Part shown: in pieces, positions 40,810 through 52,359 of the stretch
How the letters are laid out: every line of letters starts with the position of its first letter
Position numbering within the stretch: position 1 is the stretch's first letter
Origin: Guillardia theta CCMP2712
Lineage: Eukaryota; Protista; Cryptophyta
DNA length: 64,000 nt
Reading direction: 5' to 3'
NCBI RefSeq assembly: GCF_000315625.1
Contig: NW_005434641.1
Span: 604,918-668,917 of the forward strand
Translations under genes and position numbers: made by a program
Notes under the pieces: model-generated
Seen by the model: only the letters and a program-made list of their open reading frames with translations
Databases searched by the model: none
What the model was told of the DNA's origin: nothing

Positions 40810-42590
40810 AAATCAGGGTACTCTCCCAACCCCCAGGTTTGACTGAACCAGTACCCACCGTATTGACCTAGATCCTTATTATTTCGATTTGGAAGGGGTG
40901 GATAGACAGCATGGGGTGGACAGACAGTACTTGAAATCGGGTGGGTGGGTGGGTGGGTGGGTGGCCGTGGGTGGGTTGGAGACCCTATAAGGGGTACTTG
41001 AGTGGGAATCGTGAGGGGTACTTCGGTGACATAAACGAGGCATAGCGTGTTCTGGCTATCCCAAGAGTCGTCGAGGAGGAAATGGGGGGTGGGGTAAGTG
41101 AGGGCTGCATGGAGAACCGGTCATTGTCCTGACTGCAAAGGGGGTAGGGAAGTGACCACTGATGAGTGGAGACGGCGCAGGTTTGGATCAAGGAGGCTTT
41201 GATTGACTGAGGGGTACTCCATATGATGGGGTAGGGGTCATGCGTATATTGTCTGGGGTACCGGGTAGGTGTGGGGTACGAAATCTTCAGCCTGGCGTCT
41301 CCATCTGAAGAAATGTACCTCGCAAGGACCGGTCTCTTCTACGTCCTAGAACCCTTTGAATTTCAGAGGGGTAGAGGGTACTACCTAGGACCCTGCACGG
41401 TCTCCGAGCGGTTGGCCCATAGATACGGTACCACTTTCGGGTTGAAGCCTCGGAGGGCGCTTGGGGGGGGGGGGGGTCCGGGGGGTCACTGGTAGGGTGG
41501 TGACTGGGCCGCCCTCCGCCGTTACTAGGCTTTGCCAGTTGAGTAAACCGTGCCTGGTACAGAGTGGTGCATCCGATCGGATCGGGGCCGCTAAATCTTT
41601 ACTCAAAGTTAAGTTAAACACTACTGAGTAGGCCCCGGGCCTAATACCGTGCCGGCCGCCGCGCCGCCTTGCCGGCGGGCCTCTGCCAGGAGTGGCGCAA
41701 CTTGTGACTTAGGCAAATGGTGCCGCGCGGCTTTGCGCAAGTTGGCCCTGCGTCAAGTCAGCAACTTCCGGCGGGCGGGGCGACTCGGCCGAAAGTTTCC
41801 GAATCGAGTCGACGTCGCCGGCCGCCCGGCCGCGCGCCCTCCGAGTCACTGAACGGTCGAGTACTGCGGTCCGGCCGCCCCCGCGGCGGCCTCTTCCGAG
41901 CGCCGTTACACTTCCGTAGTTCAGACTCAGCCACTGTCGGCGGCAGGCTACTGTCTGTACGTTTACCGTTCAACTTGGCAACGGTTGAAAACGGTTGTAG
42001 TGAAATCAGTCACTGTGATAGTACTGTATCATGATCGCCGCCCGGAACTGTCGACGGTGAGATTTGTACGCCAGGAAACTTAATACTGACAGTAGCGTAC
42101 CGGACACACCTACTGAGTCCGCCGCGGATACGGTCATAAAGCGGCGGCCTTCACTCAGTGAAGTTAACACAGTGTAATCGGACCGTACGGCGGGGGCAGT
42201 CACTCGGAGGAGTCCGGCTCGGAACTTGTCACCGAATGCCGGGCGAACCCCGAGGCTCGACGCCGGCACTCTGCGGCGCGGCCCGGCCACTCCGAGGCTC
42301 ACTGCCCTGGCGGCCACCGTGACCCGGAGTGACGGTGGCAGCGGCGGCGGTCCGGCCGCGGCGCGTCTGCCGGGCCGGGCCCGTGATGAGTCACTGACTT
42401 TGAGTAAAGGCCGGAGTACGGTACCGTACTACACTGACAGGCTGAGCCTCGGAGGCCGCGGCGAGTCAGTGACAGTGACCGCCGGGGTGTCCCGGGCCTG
42501 ACCCGGGCACTGCGGCAGTACTACGGTACACTTGAGTAAACACCGTGACATCGCCTTTTCCAGTGACCGTGAGTCAGCCGGAACTTGAAA
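40810..42590 (+). promoter_or_regulatory. Bipartite intergenic module: GGGGT block (40810-41500), ACTCAAAGTTAAGTTAAA core (41601-41618), GC-palindromic block (to 42590)
   Basis: Same vocabulary and order as 5580-8170 (inverted) and 50890-52100. Confidence 0.55.
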
Positions 42591-42601
42591 CAGAGCAAAA
42601 G

Positions 42602-44041
42602 ATGCGCCTACAGGATATGCGGTAATGCAACAAACATGCGAACGACGCGAATGGTCGAGGGACTTGGGGAGGATGAATGGTGTGCGAGTAGATGCAGAAT
42701 CAGAGTTGTGAATCTCGCTAGAACATGGAGCAAGTAGTGGAGAAAGGCACAGCACAATGGAGATTTAGAGCATCGAGGTTTGGATACAATTTGGGCCATA
42801 GCTCGAACGATTCAAACTCAGAATGCAACGGGAGGGAGGCAGGGAGGCAGGGAGCGAGGGAGGGAGAGAGGGAGGGAAACTGGAGTATATTTGATGCACT
42901 TCCATGTTCGTTGACCGGTCGCATACATCATGGTTGTAACTTTGCTTTGTCCTTAAGTTGTGTATTTTATCTGCTCCTCACCTCTGCCTTGTGGAATGCA
43001 TGGAGCGTGCATTGCACAGTCACGGGAGATATTCGAGTCAACCCTCAACTAAGAACTACCGCCAAGAAAGATGATTTCGGTCTCGTTGCATGCTCATGTT
43101 CAAAGGTTGTCTCACTATTGGTGGTGCAGCATTGTGCAAGCTCAAAAAAGCTGGGATGCACTTTGAAGTCATCTGCCATCCAGGCATGATTCTCAAGGTA
43201 TCTCGTTAGCCTGCCAGCTGCTGTTGATGCGCTGAGACCTGCTGTTGATGCTCTTAGTTCCGAGAAGGACTTGTCTCAGACGTCATGGACGTGGTTGTGT
43301 CCAGTGACATCTTTAAGGTGTCCACTGGGGCGGGAGGAACCTAACGAGATTCTAAGATTTCCTGTCAGGACGCGAAGACAAGGATGCATCGAAGTCATGT
43401 GGACATCGTGAGTGCCTTCGGGAAGGAGTAGGAGACTCCGTTCCTCACCCTCTTGGAGTGACATGACGGCTGCAGGGACATTACATCTTGTATCAAAGAG
43501 ATCTTGATGGAAGGAGAGTATCAGGTTGCAAGGAGGGAGGAAAGGAGAGCCGGAGACTAATCGTCTGACAGCACACTGCTGAGGAGAGGAAGCGACAGAT
43601 GGAGGAGAAGATGGAGGAAGTTGCCGCCTTCATCTGCCAGTGAGAAGCGTCCCTCTGCAGTCAACCTGCTCTGATTGTCTTCACCCTCTCTTCCTTCTTC
43701 CTCTCCTTTCAGAAACTTTGTCGAAACTCCATCGCATCGTGCGTACAGCATGGAAGAGATGATGGTAATTTGTTCTTGATCTGTTCCTCTCGCCCTCCCC
43801 CTCCACGCTCATGCGTCTTTTACAGGAGATTTTAGAGAGTCATCCTAACTTGAAGTTCAACCCGATGAGGTTTGCAGCGGCACGTCCAACTTGGTTTGAC
43901 AAGCTGCAGGTCAACCGAGTATCAAGCGATGGAAGTTGTGAAGCAGCTGCAGGAGGACGTTCCTATCGTCCCCTCCTACAAGTCCGTCGCATGCACAGAG
44001 AAATTCAAAGATTTTTGTCACGCGTATGTAGAGGATTGTAA
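42602..44041 (+). CDS. Multi-exon hypothetical protein
   Basis: Short exons with GT-AG introns (ETPSHRAYSMEEMM|EILESHPNLKFNPMRFAAARPTWFDKLQ). Confidence 0.4.
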
Positions 44042-44269
44042 GTGAATGAATTGGGACGAGGGAGTGAATAGACGGTTAGAGACGGTTAGAGACGAGGATG
44101 TAATGGTTTGCATGAGTGTGCGCGGTGACTGCTCGAGAAGAACAAGAGCAGAGAAGTCAACAGAGAGGAAGAAGAAGAGCAGAGAAGTCAACAGAGAGGA
44201 AGAAGAAGAGCAGAGGAAGAGACATGAAAGACAAACGAGAGGGCGGGCAGGGGCATAAAAAGCGAGGAG

Positions 44270-46759
44270 AAGTTCTCAGGATTTTCATACGAAAATTCAT
44301 CAAGACATTACGAACTGCTTGCTCCTTTCCATGTGGAGTATCTCAACGTTAAGGGCCGTTACTTACTTTTCTGCTCTCCGCTCGACTCCGACCACTTGCA
44401 GCCAATGCCAGTCAGCGACAAAGAGAGGAGGATGGAGAAAGTAGAGAGAGGGGAGGGAAGGAAAGCGAGCTGGTGAGAGCTACCGAGGGAACAAGCTGGT
44501 CCTTGAGAAACGCTTCGCCAAAGAACACAGAGTCTCCGAAGAAGTTAATCTCTATCCATATGTCATCAACAGCCTCCTCCGCACTCTTTCCTCACTCTTA
44601 TCATTCTTCTCCGGTAGATCCGGTGACGACGGGGAGGCCTCTACAACTCGAAGAGAGGAGGAAGGGGAGGAAGGTGGGGAAGAGCGGGGGGGAGATGATT
44701 TCGCTATTGCAGCCGTCTGCCGTAGTTGCTTCACTTGCAATTCTTGGCGACAGGTTTCAAGTCACCGTATAGGAAAGAAAATCAGCTGCTGTAGCTCCGT
44801 CCTGTTTGTCTTCATCGTCAATTTAACATTCCCGACCCGGCCCCTTCCTTCCCATCATTCAAGTTTTCATATTCCATCGGGTTCGCTCGTCCTCCCTGTC
44901 TCACCTTCTCAGCTATCAGGACGTCTCCTCGCGAATCTCGTTGGATCCCTCAAGGGGCATCAGAAATTAGAAGGACAAGAAGCAGGACAAGAAGCAGGAC
45001 AAGAAGCAGGACAAGAAGCAGGACAAGAAGCAGGACAAGAGGCAGGGGCAGGGGCAGGGGCAGGGGCAGGGGCAGGACGAAGTTGGTTATCTTACTCATC
45101 GTCTCATCCAAAAACACCTAAAATAAAAAACTTGGTCAAGGTCCAACTCAACCTCCGCCTCGATCACCTGCTGGCCCCAGCCTTGACCCACAGGAGGGAG
45201 AGGAACATTGAACTAGCGAGATGAAGGTGACGAAAGGAGGAGAACAATGCCAGAAATCTCACTGAGTTCCACTTGAGGCTACAAGATTGAAACTTGAAAG
45301 CAAACTTGTCGCCATCTAACAAATGTATCAACGAAGTTTAAAAGATGCAGAAGGGACATGCAAAAGAAAGAAAGGACGTGAAGAGATTAACTCGAAGGAC
45401 AGAGGTGGGAAGGGGAGGAAAAGGAAAACGCGAAGAACAAGAGGGGGAGGAAGATACCTGGCATAAAGCTCGATCCAACTCTGATGTTTGATGAAAGTCA
45501 ATACACCAGTGCAATCAAATCACTTTCTCTTACTTGAGCATTCCTTTCCCCATCTGCATGGAATGCGTCACTCTTTTCGAATACAATCTTGATCTGTACC
45601 TCGAAATCGATTATGTTGGTCAAGCTGGCTTCTTGCAAGTTGATGTCTTGCCATACGCCTGTGCCTGGTGGGAGCGTCAGATTGTTCTTGTTCTCAACCG
45701 TCCTATCTCTCGCCATCTCCTCTTTCGTCTGTGTGCCACTCACATTGAAGTCCAAACAACCCTTTCTCAACGAGGAAGAGAATTTCCTTCTCTGTCGTCC
45801 ACAGCATGTTCCATCGACCTTGCATGAAGAGGCTGTACATTCTTCAGCTCTGTGAGTCACTTCACCCAGTCCACCTCTCAGCAGGCTTCTCGATGCTGAA
45901 CTTCGACTCGAGCTCTTCCTGCACGTGTAGACATCAGCAAAGAACATCGGGCAGCGACTGACTTGCCATGATCTCTTGCATTCTCTGCGAGTCTTCAGTT
46001 GTCAGCTCGCTCAGCCCCTTCCTTGCTCTCTGGCAGATTGCTCTCAGCTCAGCCTTCAGCTCCTCCTTCCCTGCGAGCGAGTCAGCTTTTCTTCTCAGCC
46101 TCCTCCTAAGCAATCACGAGAAACTTTCACGGGCAGCTGTTTCTCGGGCACGCTTGCGAAGTTGCCAAGGAGGGCAGAGAAGGATTTCTGAAGGTCGAAG
46201 GGGTTCACAGCGTAGCAAGCAGCTTTTCTGCTGCTCCTTCCTTTCAAGACGTTCGAATATGAAGACGAAGCAAACGACTCGACCGTGGCGACGTACAGGT
46301 GAAGGAGGAAGAAGACGTACTAAAAACAGAATCATTGCTTCGATTGTAGCTTTCCACTCTTTCACGCTATCCCCCATCCAAGAGTGCCCATCTGTCCCTC
46401 GCCTCCCTACCCTCTCTCCTCTCCCTGCGTCTCACCTCGCCGTCCCTACCTTCTCCCTTCGCCTCCTTCGCCTCGCCTGCCTTCCCCATCCCTATCCCTC
46501 TCATCTTCCCTTCCCCATCCCATCCCATCCCTCGCTTCCCTCTCCCCTCCCCTCCCCATCCCTCGCTTCCCTCTCCCCTCCCCTTCCCTTCCCTCCTTAT
46601 CCCTCTCTTCCCCTTCCCTACCCTCTTTCTCTCCCCGTCCCTCCATGCTCCATTTCCCCGCACTTGTTCGTGTACCTTCTTCGCCATAGCTTGTATGTCT
46701 CCGACTGAGGCGGGCTTGGTGTAGGCAGAGACATGAATGATACAACAAGGCAGGAACAT
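44270..46759 (-). CDS. Multi-exon hypothetical protein
   Basis: Open exons (MFFADVYTCRKSSSR...IIDFEVQIKIVFEKSD; INFFGDSVFFGEAFLKDQ) and polypurine introns; boundaries approximate. Confidence 0.4.
44972..45077. repeat. (AGGACAAGAAGC)n converting to (AGGGGC)n
   Basis: Direct reading. Confidence 0.9.
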
Positions 46760-46989
46760 GAGCTGGAGCAGGTTCAGCTGCAGGAGGAGCAGGAGGAGAG
46801 TACAAGTCAAAAGAGCATTGTGAAGTCAAGAGAGCGTTAGGAGATCATTCTTGTACAAAACAATTTTGTTGAAGAAACACGGCCTGCTTACGAAAATGAG
46901 GAATTCAAGAGTTTAATTGTTTTCATCGTTGACGGTGTACGCTTGCAATGTTGCTAGTGCATGAAGCTGCTATGAAATTCTCATCGTCT

Positions 46990-47930
46990 CTGACTGAAAG
47001 CTCTACGCAGAAGACTGTTGAGATTTCATATGTCGGAGGCCTTCCATCCTTCTGTCAAGCGAGATGGTAGAGGACTGAGAGTTTGGAAGACACCAGAATT
47101 TCAGTCACACAAACCAAATTTGCGTGAGTGGAGCAAGACAGAGTCGCACTACTGACAAGGGTGACTGAACAGATGGTTCGGCATTGCAAGTCAGAAGCCA
47201 TACGGCCAAGAAGGGCAGCGAGATCTGTAAAATCGGTCACACACATTAGAAAGACAGACAATAATTGTTGAGTCTGTTGGTTGCAGAGATTGAGCCAAGG
47301 CAGCGAAGCGACTGCGGTGATGGTCGACAGAGATACATGCAACCAGCATTCGGTGCTCGAGCACGAGATGCGATGGATTGGAGAAACATGAAAGTCGCAG
47401 AGCCGGCACCAAGAAACCTCGAAGTCCGCAAACTTTCATCAACTTGTCTCGTCCTGATGTGTAGCAAGCTAGGCCCCGCCATGGCTCAAATGCAGTTACG
47501 ACCATCCCTTCTACGTGCGCAATGTCGGGAAGCCTGTTCTACAAAAGAGGTGTCTCATGGTGGGAGCGTGAGGGGTCGCAAGGTGACCTGCGCAAGGCCA
47601 TGGCCATCCAACAAGGTCATCTACGGGGCTGTGCGAGAGTGGAATGGGAACCCCAACGCTCCTGATCGAGTGGAGAAAGGTGAGCAATACAAGAGGCTGG
47701 GGGTGTGTGATCTGGCGTATGCAGCTGCTCGTCCCGCCTACGGAGGGCAGTGCGATCTCTGCGTCGAAGACTCCATAGGAAGAGTGGGCCATGTGCGAGC
47801 AGCGCCGCGCAAGGTTGATGATGCAGGCAAGTGCCTCGTGCTGAGATTGTGGGCATAGGAAGCGCACATACTACAACCTCCATGGCACAAACCAGCTGAG
47901 AAAGATCCGTAATTTCCTCATGTCCCATTT
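46990..47930 (-). CDS. Hypothetical protein with possible WD40-like segment
   Basis: AHVEGMVVTAFEPWRGLACYTSGRDKLMKV resembles a WD40 blade; exon structure unclear. Confidence 0.35.
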
Positions 47931-49546
47931 CAACCGTATCAAACTTTCTTGCCAGGGTTGCCGTTTCCCCGAACGACAAAGGCAGAAGGAAAGGAAGAGC
48001 TGAGAAAACTCATGACGTTCTTGCTCAATAACATGCCGGCCGCTTGTTCTCTTGAAGGATGAATGATCAGCTTGAGCAGAACCTGATATTGATATGATCT
48101 GAGTCACGACACCAAAAAAAAAAAAAAATTGAAAGCTGCATTGTTCTTCAGTTAGGATTGCAGTAAGTTGGCAAGTGCGTTGAGTTTAAATAGCTCCTGT
48201 CTTCCTCTGCACCCGCTCCTTTATTACGACTAGAGCTTGGTGATTAGTCTATCCATCCTCATTCATTTAACAAATCCTTCAAGAAAACAACTGACGCCAT
48301 CGCAGTTCAGTTACTGCTGCGAAAAGTTCTTAGGCCGGAGAGTGCTGGAGGTACCAGAGGGTAGAATGCATTTTCTTCCCAGTGATCTGCCAGACAAATA
48401 AGTCACGACAAGTTTCTCCATGCTGACTCCATGGCGTAATCAGTCTTGATTCGCTCATTTTACAGATTTCAACATGCAAGTTTGAATTTCTTCTCAGTTT
48501 TCCATCATGTGAAACACAACAAGCCATGGTACACAGGCGCACAACACAGTTCACAATTCAAGGCAGATGTTCTGCAATGTGGGACGAAAGAATCAAGAGG
48601 ACGTGAGGTAAAAGAGCAGCGTGAGGATGAAGGATGATGGAGGTCGATAGCGATGGTTGACTGACCGGGTCAGGGACCCCCGACAGGAGGACGACAGGCT
48701 TCGGTGCAGCAGCAACAGAGGGCTTGAGAGAGAACATGGCGGTAAAGCTAGGGCAGGCGGTGATTCAGACAAGCACAAAGCTAGGGGTGGGTAGTTGAAG
48801 AAGACTGGATTTGGTACTGAGTAGAGCACACAATGTCTGAATTGTTTTTAAGCGATTTCCCGAATTTATTTCCCGCCATGCTTAGTTATGCACGCATATT
48901 TCAATTATATTTTGAAAATTAATCTATAGTAACGAAATATTAAACATGAGTTTACAAATTTAATAACAAATTTCATAATCTTATCACCCCACAGCAATAC
49001 ATTCATCTTTAATCTTTTGCGAAGGGTCATCTACTTCCGTTGGATGGGTAGGTGGTAACTTGAAGAGGGATTGGTAACTTGAAGAGACAACCAACAAGGA
49101 TAGCCTGATCCCGCCGCGGGTGATCGTACCGGGCCGGGCCGCTCCGCCGGCTTGCGGGCCGCCGCGGCTCCGACTGGCGGCCGGGCGGCGTGACTGCCAG
49201 TCGCGGGCCGTCCTCCGCAAGGTTGGACTCGCCGATGAACTCGTGAGCAGTACTGGCACAGTCAGGCCGAGTTTCCACAAAGTTTATTGAAGTTACAGGG
49301 TGAAAAAACTTGAACACAAATCAATTTTCGCCGCAGTGTGTTCATCAGCGGCGGAATCTCTCCGAGATCATTTGTGCAGTTCGATCCCGTTTGCCGTTTG
49401 TATCGCAACTAACAGCCCGGTGACGGGCAGGCCAGCTGGACGGTGTCCAGGTGGCCTCGCCACTCAAAACTTTGAAGAAATTCCTGTTTTGGTTCCCACA
49501 AACGAAAGCTCCTGTCCGACCAGACAGCTTACTTGCAGAGTGATGT

Positions 49547-50885
49547 TTACTTCTTCTTCTTTTCGGGCTCGGGCATCTTCATCTCAGTCAAGGCTGGAGG
49601 GCCCTCTTTCAGGTTGGTATACTGCAAACAAATCAGCGGAGGCAATTTGATCGCATCCTACTCCACACACCTGAACATCCGAATTGAGGACGCGTTCCAG
49701 GAATCGCTCCAAGGAGCTCTGAGACAATGCAGTATCATCCTTAGCAAATCGAGTTCTCTTGCCAGTACGAAGAACAGCAACCTAAAAAGAATAATGAATA
49801 GAAGTATGAGATCATCGTATTTTCCAACCTTGGCCCCATCAGTGGCCTCAATGTCCAGAGCTTTTACAAAAGCGCTCTCGCGATCCGAGTTGATCCACAT
49901 GAAGGCGAGTTTCACTTTCTCTCCAGAATGCTTGCTTTTTGTCGCCATCACAATGTCATAAACATTCTTGTCGAGCTTTCCATCTGCAGTTGCTTTGCTT
50001 GACACAATCACACACCAGGCATCGGCTCCGTAGCAAACGTCCTGAGCAGATAGAGAGGTAAGCTCAGGAATAGCCTCTGCAAGCCAAGGTTTCTTGAGAG
50101 CAAGCTCCTCATCAGCTGCATTGTTCTCCAGGGCAAAAGTTTCCTGATATTTGTTCAAGAATTCGAAAATCTCCCTCACTTCAAACTTGTCATCATACTT
50201 GATAGGTTTCTTCTGGCCAGGTTTGACAACAAGGATGGTGGGGAACTTAGAAACTTTGTATCTGCTCACAACTCCCTTCTCGTCCTTGTTCACAATGCCG
50301 AGAGTCATCTTGCCCTTGAGATCCACGCTCAATCCTCTCCACATGAGGGGAGTCTTGGGTTTGTCGGTGAACAAGAGGGCCTTGAACTTGCCAGCCTCCT
50401 TGTTGAGGAATGCATCAATGTTGTCAGCTGTGATCTTTTCAACAAAGTGGGTCATAAACTTCAATGCCCATGTGTACACAGCCTTGTCGTTTCTCTCTCC
50501 TGTGTACTCCGTGACACCAAACCCTCCAGGCGGGATCACTTTCAATGTAGGGAACGAAGTAACTGAATATTCATCGCAAATCTTCTTCTGCTTGCCGCAA
50601 TTGATGGCAGTAACCTTGATAATTCCACGAAGCTGTTTTGCGAGGCTGCAATAGTCCTTAGTGAAAGATTTCGCGTTGGCAGCGTCATCCTTGTAGAACT
50701 CGATGAGCTTGACATGATTCATCGAGTCGGGCTTCTTGATGTGAGTGTGAAAGTTGAGATTGTTCAGCTCCTCAACCAGGCATTCCTTGTCCTTGCCTTC
50801 TCTCCCGTACAGATCGGCAGAAGCCGGCATTGCTGCCGCAAGCAGCGCCGCCGCCAGGAGCAGATGAGTCGATCTCGCAGCCATG
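49547..50885 (-). CDS. Secretory thioredoxin-fold (PDI/PDIA6-like) protein lacking CxxC
   Basis: Signal peptide MAARSTHLLLAAALLAAAMPASA; LIEFYKDDAANAK..LRGIIKVTAINC..CDEYSVTSFPTLKV..YTGER; second domain KALLFTDK..YKVSKFPTILV; ends EPEKKKK*. Confidence 0.85.
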
Positions 50886-50889
50886 ACGC

Positions 50890-52100
50890 CTACCCTACCC
50901 AGACCCACGTGCGTTAAGTGGGGTTCGACAGACCCTTACACCCCTGAATCTACTATGCAAAAGACGGGTGCTCTTTCACTTAAACCCCGGACCCCTTCAG
51001 TTCCCTCGAACAGTTACAAGTGTGGAGGTAGCCCTGCAAGGCTCTCTGATTTATTAAGTGAGCTACTAGTAATAAGGACACATCCTTCAAGATCAGGATT
51101 CACAGCTGAGGCTCCCGACACTCCATCATGGGTGACGTCATAAAATAACGGTGATAACGGTCTTCTCGATCTTCTAGGACTGTGATTTTACCCTCATAAG
51201 TTCACTCAAAGTTAAGTTAAAAATAAGTACGAAGGCCGCCGGGCCTGAGCGACCCGGCCCGGTGAGTCACTGCCCGTGTGACATCCGCCGGACCGCCCCG
51301 GCGCGGCCGCCCGGGTTCAGAGGCCGACCGTCACAGAGTCACCGGTCACGGGGTGACGGTCCAAGCCGACTCCGGCGGCCCGGGTGGCGAGGTCTGATCA
51401 CTGAGAATCAGAAACTAAAAGCTGTGATTGCCGAACTTCGGAACTTCGGACTGAGTGCAATGCGACAATCATGGCAGTTTCTGGACGAGCAGAGAAGCAT
51501 ACTGATATCGAATGTTGCCCGGCCTGATTCGCTCCCAAAGCATAGTCACCAATCAGGTTGCTAAACTTCAGGCGGCAAGCCTCCAAAGTTCCGATTCAAC
51601 TTGGCAATGCACGCCGGTGTAGCGAAGTGGCACAACTTGATGATCAGGGAGGTTTATCAGGATGCCATGGCAAAGGACGGTACTAAACTGAAGAAGGGAA
51701 GATCTTGAACCCTCGGATGATCATCGTAATAGACTCCCGGGGCGGTCCGAGCCGCTCGGCCCGCGTTTCACGGTCACCGGGTGATCGGCCCCCGACTGTC
51801 CGATCCGGGACTCCGACGCCGTGGAGCCTCGGAGTCCAGTGAATGCGGCCCGGTAGCCCGGCCGCCGCGCACTGCACAGTGAGTCCGCTTGTCCGATCTC
51901 ACAGAGACGGTGAGTCACCGGGGCGGCCCGCGGCCAGGCCGGGCGGCCGGCGCGCCGTTCCCGGAAAGTCACCGTGGCGGCGTGACTCACGACGATCGGA
52001 CGGTGCAGGCTGATGAGCCTCCGCCTGACAAACTTGAAACTTGGCAACCGAAGTAATTGCCAAGCCTCGCGGCAGTGATTGTGATTAGTGAGGGTTGGCA
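50890..52100 (+). promoter_or_regulatory. Bipartite intergenic module with core ACTCAAAGTTAAGTTAAA at 51204-51221
   Basis: Short ACCC-rich stretch, then the core, then a CCGG/GAGTCAC-rich block. Confidence 0.55.
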
Positions 52101-52359
52101 CGCTATATAACGAGCATTGTTACATCAACGGTACAGTAATCGAACTGATCACTTCGAGGCTAGTCTGCAGAGGCAAACAAACTCTGAAAGTCGCTGTGTC
52201 AACAATGAAGCAGGATGTTGATTAACCAACAGGAGCTGAACAGATCTGAGGCATCCTCGTCTCCCGGCAAGGTGCATATTTTACAAGGTTTTTGTCATCT
52301 TGCATATGATCTTCGGTGGTAACGTATCGAGGACAATAAAGAAGATTTCAGACGAAGCC

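Noticed and set aside
50915-50940. GGTTCGA T-loop-like word suggesting a tRNA
   Set aside because: No cloverleaf could be folded around it.
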